Under the pieces are notes generated by a model. It was not told the DNA's origin, made no database searches, and worked only from the letters and a program-made list of their open reading frames with translations. Below, piece after piece: positions 57,101 to 64,000 of a DNA stretch of 64,000 bases; position 1 is the first letter of the stretch; the number at the start of each line of letters is the position of its first letter. The translations under genes and the position numbers were made by a program. The stretch covers positions 151,714,001 through 151,778,000 of the forward strand of contig OZ024742.1 in the NCBI GenBank assembly GCA_964016885.1, given 5' to 3'. Source of the stretch: Eledone cirrhosa. Lineage: Eukaryota.

Positions 57101-59017
57101 AGGATGTCAACCGAATCTTGTCCTAGCCCGTCAGCATTCATCTCCTCAGTGGCCGTATCTCTGTTCCAGGTATTATTTATCTCAGTATTCAGATCATTGT
57201 CTGCTTCGGGTGGTTCCTCCGCTCTCAGGACCTCCTCACCTTCATTTCCCGCCGGCTCGCTTGTCTGGCATACTACACCCGCCATCTCCAAGCCATTCTC
57301 TCTGCTCAGTTCCTCCAGTTCCAGCTCGCTTATCCACCCATTAGTTCTTATTACCCGAGCCTGCCCGGCCAATTTTTGTTCATCTAATTTAAATAAACCA
57401 ATCTCGTTCCAGATGTTATGCATCCGTCTCCTGTAGCCCCTCTCCTTGGGGTTACTTTTCAGGTAGCATTGCATAACAGTTCTATTCAATTCTTTCGTCC
57501 AGTTGGTTCTGGCCCCTTTCCTTCTTCTTCTTCCTCCAACATCAGCAGTATTTCGTTGACAGTCAGGTTCCTGCTGCTGAGCCAGGGGGCACCTGTTGGG
57601 TGAGAGTCTGTCACATGACGTTCTAGTCTCCATTTCACCGTTATTCGAACTGTTTATGTTCGATATTTAAACACTCTTATCGAGGATTGGCGAATGTATG
57701 TTTACATAGCCATCTGTGGATCCGCCATCCCACTTGGTCCTTGTGTGGCATTATCACCACGCTGTATACGGACACACATAAACAAACAAACACACGGGCA
57801 GAAAGGGCCCCAAAAATGAATAAGCATAAGTTTCATTGTAATGTAGTATTCGAATGTCTGACTTAGTTTTTGTTTTTTAAGTTTTACTTGTTCCCCCCTC
57901 TTCTCTGTCCGTCCGCCTGCTTCTCTCTTCATTCTTATTTTCTTTACGTTTTTGGGGTTTCTTTTTTTGTTTTTGTTTTTCTCTGTTTTTCTCGTTTTTT
58001 ACTGTTGTTGCTGTGCTGCTTTTGTTGTTTGTTTTTTCTTTTTTCTTTTGAGTCTATCTATATATTTTGATGCCTTCCTCTTTGTTAGTAGTAGGAATTC
58101 TATAATGTGGAAGTGGTAGCCAGCAGAGACTAGCGGCGTTGGCGATACTGAGACAGTGGTGGCGGTGATGTCGATACCGAGGCAGTGGTGGCGGTGATGC
58201 GACCGTATTACTGTAGTGATGGTGCTGTAGCGGTGGCAGCAGCAGTGAAGGAGTCAGGGGGTGGTGGCGGCGGTGATGGGATAGTGGTGGTAATGATGGC
58301 CGTAGTGAGCGGTGGCGGTGAAGGTGAAAATGCTGTTGTGTTTAGTGTACACAGATGATGGGGTGGGTGGTGTATCTAGTTTCTGGTGTTGGTGAGTTTC
58401 GCTGTCCTATATAGTGTAGCCAGAGGAGAGGAGGGGGGGGGGGTTCTTCTTCTTCCATTTATAGCCATTTTATTTTATTTTTTTGGATATACAGTGTACA
58501 ATACAAAGTTGAATATTTGAATATTTGAGCCGTATTACTGTAGTGATGGTGCTGTAGCGGTGGCAGCAGCAGTGAAGGAGTCAAGGGGTGGTGGCGGCGG
58601 TGATGGGATAGTGGTGGTAATGATGGCCGTAGTGAGCGGTGGCGGTGAAGGTGAAAATGCTGTTGTGTTTAGTGTACACAGATGATGGGGTGGGCGGTGT
58701 ATCTAGTTTCTGGTGTTGGTGAGTTTAGCTGTCCTATATAGTGTAGCCAGAGGAGAGGAGGGGGGGGGGGGTTCTTCTTCTTCCATTTATAGCCATTTTT
58801 TTTTTGGATATACAGTGTACAATACAAAGTTGAATATTTGAATATTTGAGCCTTATAACAATATATTTTGGGTCCGAATTTTTTGGGGCTCAAGCCGGGT
58901 GCTTTACGTAGCATTTGTACTAAGAGTTGTTATTTCACAAATGATTTAAATATGTTAAAAATTCAAAACTTACGGGAGCGATTTCATGACCTCCGTCACC
59001 TCGTGCGTCTTCTTCCC
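54165..59017 (-). mobile_element. Full-length R4/Dong family B copy B3
   Basis: ~1.4-kb 5' UTR, intact ORF, ~75-nt 3' UTR; (TTA)n at 54122-54164 and 59020-59120. Confidence 0.95.
54241..57633 (-). CDS. Intact R4/Dong polyprotein (1130 aa): RT, CCHC zinc knuckle, restriction-like endonuclease
   Basis: ATG start METRTS; all RT motifs (DYRKAFD, QGDSLSP, FMDD, YKYLG); CRIC...H...C; RHD; RPD...D...K..RY. Confidence 0.95.
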   Translation of the reverse strand: METRTSCDRLSPNRCPLAQQQEPDCQRNTADVGGRRRRKGARTNWTKELNRTVMQCYLKSNPKERGYRRRMHNIWNEIGLFKLDEQKLAGQARVIRTNGWISELELEELSRENGLEMAGVVCQTSEPAGNEGEEVLRAEEPPEADNDLNTEINNTWNRDTATEEMNADGLGQDSVDILNLVVDELNNDSGRPMNLRFVDRKKLKETTAKVNKVIPYLEARSLHQCNNILKATANTVRKLLGIKARGNNRQERAEPWWKKRLSGQIGEMRNDIGKLESLLNGTLKNIGTKNRLEIKYKTRSKKLNIIIEELKQRIVAKSAKIRRYENRVSQYKQNRMFDNNQKMLFGQLEGKERGTDLIPGAEQAKTFWRGIWEQDVRHNAKAGWIETVQREIGEQAQQQTDLSITVETLKGQAKKLTNWKSPGPDGVQGYWIKHLTSLHPKLTAMFNDCLVSGEVPEWLTKGTTVLIMKDRIKGNDVTNYRPITCLPVMWKLLTSIVSEEIYHHLHTNNLLPDEQKGCRKKSRGTKDQLLIDKMVMGNCRRRHTDLAMGWIDYRKAFDMVPHSWITKSLEIFRVADNIRQLLGRSMGSWETELTSTGVSLGSVKIKRGIFQGDSLSPLLFVLALMPLTIMLRKVRAGYKLGRGELTINHLLFMDDLKLFGKSEKELDVLVDTVRIFSSDICMQFGIGKCGVIVMRRGRLSRSNGIQIPTGEMIKEIDSEEGYKYLGVLEADGIKNKKMKELLRTEYIRRVRSVLKSHLNSRNAISAVNSRAVSIIRYSAGILRWNVAEQKEMDRKTRKLLTIYNMFHKRSDVDRLYLRRSEGGRGLISIEDCVQMEKNNLYKYVTYSKEPMLRAVLKEGTVGQGITKEEITSRRKSSLKGKSLHSTFFEKTEFRDPQTWNWLRRGDLKKATEGMLMAAQEQALKTKWLKHHIYKEEASPLCRICGEREETVAHIVSECKHLAQTHYKGWRHDVMGRVIHWHLCKVNNLPHSEKWYEHRPEAVMENSQVKVLWDFRIQTDKKLEHNRPDLVVVDKEKRSCLIVDVACPFDTRVQEKEREKINRYQDLKWEVKRIWNCHEVKVIPIVIGALGTISKGFQGWLKKIGPFTLFGTLQKACLLGTARTLRYVLNI

Positions 59018-59985
<968 letters not shown>

Positions 59986-59992
59986 ATATATA

Positions 59993-60053
<61 letters not shown>

Positions 60054-60180
60054 AAAGTTATATTTAAATTGTTGGGTTACAACGAGTAAATATTTATAAC
60101 TGATATAAAAGCACTCAACAAGTATTTGGAGTATATTTACGATATTAAATAAATGGAAACTATATTTATAAAACCATATT

Positions 60181-60246
60181 TATTTCATTATATATATTTC
60201 AGGGATATCATATTAACAATATGTTATGCCTTCTTCAGACAAAATA
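60181..60246 (-). ncRNA. Type I hammerhead ribozyme motif (HH-a variant)
   Basis: TATTTTGT-CTGAAGA-AGGCATAACATA...TATGATATCCCT-GAAA-TATATA-TA|ATGAAATA. Confidence 0.8.
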
Positions 60247-60954
60247 CAATATAGACAGTTTTATAAATAAATAGATTTGACATACCTTTCAACATCGACT
60301 TGCATTTGAAAAGTTAATTTGGCAGTGAAAATTGTAAACAGAAAGAAAGAAAGAAAGAAGGAAAGAAAGAAAGAAAACGAAGAAAAAGAAGAAATGCATG
60401 CAACTAAATAGAGAGATGGAAAGATAGATAAAGAGAAGAACTTCATGTAAAGAAACAGAGAGAGATATATAGAGAGAGGAAATAGATAGAGATAGATATA
60501 TATAGAGAAAAGTAGGTAGTTGAACATCCGTTGAATGACGTATCAATGATACATTTATTTATTTATTTATTTATTTAGCTCTAGTATTAATGTAAGGGAG
60601 ATATATGTGGTTAGGAGAGAAACCAGCCGTTATATAGAGAGAAAAAAATGAAAAATAACCAGACATAGGCGAGGCAGAATTTAAAACCCTATGTTTCAAT
60701 GTAGAAATATTAGTTCGTATAAAAACAGGAACTATAATGTAAATATCAGTATTCATGAATGAGACACGTATCAATAATGTGTGAAAAGTAATGATCTTAT
60801 GTCTAGTTTTAAAAATTCATATGTTTATATCATAATTACAAACATCGATGTGAATTTACGTGATCAGCTCTGCAAACTCCTATTTCACACGGAGAACATT
60901 CTCATTGTGCTATAAAAATTTAAGTATATATATATGAGTATATATACACATATA

Positions 60955-61710
60955 TATAGAGTCTATATTAATTTTAACAATACTATTCTTGTCTTTACTC
61001 TACATGATTATCTATCAAGCAGAAATAGAGAACAGATTTCAATATATTAATAAAAATATCAGAAACAAAAACAAAAAATAATAATAATAATAAATAAATA
61101 AAACAGAAAACTAAAAAAATATTAAATATTAAAAATAAAAATATTAAAAATATTAAAAAATATTAAAATAATTATAATAAAAACATAGTATGCCACGCAA
61201 AACGACCACAAAGATCAACCCTTCAAAGTTAATTGACAATATATTGCCAAGTTCATTATAAGCATCAGAGTCGAAAACAGATAAAACCAAAAATTATTTA
61301 CCAAATCCTGTCTAGCAGAAATCTTTTCAAAAGTTTAGGATACCCATTAGGTCTACATATGTTCTTATATTTAATATAGAAGTTTATCAAGTGTAACATT
61401 TATTCGATATATTTGGAGCATCAACTTTTAGGGTAGTTTAATTTTTCATGAAGAATGTTTAAAATAAAAATAAAAAGAAGAATAAAAAGAAGAAATCGAA
61501 AGATTTATCGGCTAGTTTCATAAATAATTACAAATCAAACTAAATATACTACATTTAAAATTTAAATTTATATTTAAAAGTTGAGTTCAATCTATGTTTG
61601 CAGCAACTGAATAAATTTGTCCGTAGATTAAGGGAATTTTTAGATTTTAGTATAAAGAATATCTCCTCCGCGCAGAGGTCACATGTCTCAGAGGATGAAT
61701 TAAAAGGAAT
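60955..61710 (-). repeat. Inverted copy of the 3' end of the adjacent Penelope-like element
   Basis: Near-identical reverse complement of 63241-63998. Confidence 0.95.
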
Positions 61711-61740
61711 TCCTTTTGTGATTTTCAAAATTCCTTTTGT

Positions 61741-63396
61741 GATCACAAAAGGAATTTTGAAAATGACTTGCCAGTCAGATTGATCGCACCATCAAAATCG
61801 GACCTGGGTAAATTAAGCAAAAACATTCTTGACAGGGTGATACAGCAAATTAAAAACTTGGATTGTTTATCTAACCTGAGCTTGTGGAAGGGAACGGGAG
61901 AGGTTGTTGAGTGGTTTAAGCAAATTAAATTTAACAATAATAATAAGTTTATTCAACTTGATATTGCTAACTATTATTCTTCTATTACCCCTAATCTACT
62001 AAATAAGGCACTAAATTACGCATTCAAACATACAGACCTAACTAGCAATGAAATGCACATTATATTATCGGCTAGGAAAACATTGATAGAATTTAATGAC
62101 CAACTATGGACCTGAGCAGATAGAGATAGCAATTTTGACATTACTATGGGATCATCCGACTCAGCTCAGGTAACTGACCTTGTGGGCTTATTTTTAATCA
62201 ATTCGCTGCATAGGAAAATACCTGGTACTACCGGAGGTTTATATAGAGATGACATGCTTTTACTTATTGATAATAATAACTCTGAACTAAATAGAAAAAG
62301 AAAACAAATTACACAATTTTTTAATTACTTTAATCTAAAAATAGAAATTGAGAATAACCATAGATTAGTCAATTTCCTAGATATAACATTCAATCTCAAC
62401 ACATGTCTTCACTATCCATTTCACAAGTTGAATGAAAACTTAAACTATGTCAGCTTTAACTCTAACCACCCCAGATCTGTTAAAAATACTATAGTAAACT
62501 CTGTTCAAAAACGTATCTCTAGAATCTCGTCTAATAGAAAGATTTTCGACAAAAAAGCCCAATACTACAATGAAGCGTTAGCTAGAGCAGGATATAGTGA
62601 TAAAATTATGTACATAGATAATGATAGACAAACTAAACAAAATAACAACTATTTTAATTACGGCCACAACCTTAACAACTATAATAGAAAGCATTACAAT
62701 AATTCCAAAAGCCAAAAAAGAAATAGAACTAGGAACATAATATGGTTTGCCCCCCCTTTCTCACTAAACATTAAAACCCACATCGCTAAACTATTTTTTA
62801 AAGCTCTTGATAATCGATTCCCTAGAACACATAGGTGTCACTCAATTTTCAATAGACATACTATAAAATTAACCTACTCATCCACCAAAAATTTAGCACA
62901 AAATATTAATAGAATAAATAATAGGAATTTAAAACCTAGCGATAATAGCATAAATAATATACAAGTTAACAAATGTAACTGTAGAGATAGATCTAAATGT
63001 CCGTTAAATAACAACTGCTTAGTTAAAAATATAATATACAACTGTAATGTTAAAACGGACTTTAATTCTTTTAACTACGTTGGTTCCACATCGACGGAAT
63101 TTAAACTTCGCTATAATAACCACAAGAATTCTTTCACAGATCCAAGCAAAAAATCTTCAACAGCACTATCAGGCGTACTCTGGCAACTTAGGCATGATAA
63201 CGTTAGATATTCGACGGCTTGGAATATAGTCTCAAGAGGGATTCCTTTTAATTCATCCTCTGAGACATGTGACCTCTGCGCGGAGGAGATATTCTTTATA
63301 CTAAAATCTAAAAATTCCCTTAATCTACGGACAAATTTATTCAGTTGCTGCAAACATAGATTGAACTCAACTTTTAAATATAAATTTAAATTTTAA
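61741..63396 (+). pseudogene. Penelope-like (Hydra-clade-like) RT + GIY-YIG ORF, 5'-truncated, one in-frame TGA
   Basis: DHKRNFENDLPVRLIAPSKS, FIQLDIANYYSSI, FDITMGS, GGLYRDD, NFLDITF, CNCRDRSKCPLNNNC, IIY...YVGST...FKLRYNNH; ORFs 61768-62115 and 62146-63396 are in the same frame. Confidence 0.92.
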
Positions 63397-64000
63397 ATGT
63401 AGTATATTTAGTTTGATTTGTAATTATTTATGAAACTAGCCGATAAATCTTTCGATTTCTTCTTTTTATTCTTCTTTTTATTTTTATTTTAAACATTCTT
63501 CATGAAAAATTAAACTACCCTAAAAGTTGATGCTCCAGATATATCGAATAAATGTTACACTTGATAAACTTCTATATTAAATATAAGAACATATGTAGAC
63601 CTAATGGGTATCCTAAACTTTTGAAAAGATTTCTGCTAGACAGGATTTGGTAAATAATTTTTGGTTTTATCTGTTTTCGACTCTGATGCTTATAATGAAC
63701 TTGGCAATATATTGTCAATTAACTTTGAAGGGTTGATCTTTGTGGTCGTTTTGCGTGGCATACTATGTTTTTATTATAATTATTTTAATATTTTTTAATA
63801 TTTTTAATATTTTTATTTTTAATATTTAATATTTTTTAGTTTTCTGTTTTATTTATTTATTATTATTATTATTATTTTTTGTTTTTGTTTCTGATATTTT
63901 TATTAATATATTGAAATCTGTTCTCTATTTCTGCTTGATAGATAATCATGTAGAGTAAAGACAAGAATAGTATTGTTAAAATTAATATAGACTCTATACA

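Noticed and set aside
44440-57603. Recurrent plus-strand ORFs of 60-150 aa in three copies
   Set aside because: Antisense frames of the R4 ORF, repeated only because the element is repeated
57634-57760. HDV-like ribozyme in the R4 leader (TCCTCG motif)
   Set aside because: Could not build the P1/P2/P3 nested pseudoknot by eye here or at the 5' terminus; needs an RNAMotif/Infernal search
62113-62115. In-frame TGA in the Penelope RT as selenocysteine (as in some Naiad elements)
   Set aside because: Single TGA at a position that is not a conserved Cys, no SECIS recognised and domain order is not Naiad-like; a nonsense mutation is simpler

Overview
AT-rich, microsatellite-saturated eukaryotic DNA made almost entirely of retroelements. 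It is probably an octopod cephalopod, inferred only from the tRNA-derived SINE family. No host gene can be firmly supported, and most short ORFs in the track are translations of (TA)n/(CA)n/(TAA)n tracts or antisense frames of retroelements. Main content: (1) two divergent families of R4/Dong-type non-LTR retrotransposons (RT + CCHC + restriction-like endonuclease), always bounded by (TAA)n. They include a ~15.7-kb co-oriented head-to-tail array of five insertions (43.4-59.1 kb) with one apparently intact copy, and the two families share a ~0.55-kb 5' module and a covarying 3' stem-loop. (2) Several Penelope-like elements (RT + CxCx5C + C-terminal GIY-YIG, Hydra-clade-like) with inverted tails and fold-back junctions, plus at least five different type I hammerhead ribozyme motifs. 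(3) A ~610-bp non-autonomous RTE-derived element in four copies, many tRNA-derived SINE copies, and fragments of RTE, Tx1, CRE and mariner elements. (4) Two long near-perfect hairpins. All alignments and folds were done by eye, so coordinates of degraded elements are approximate.
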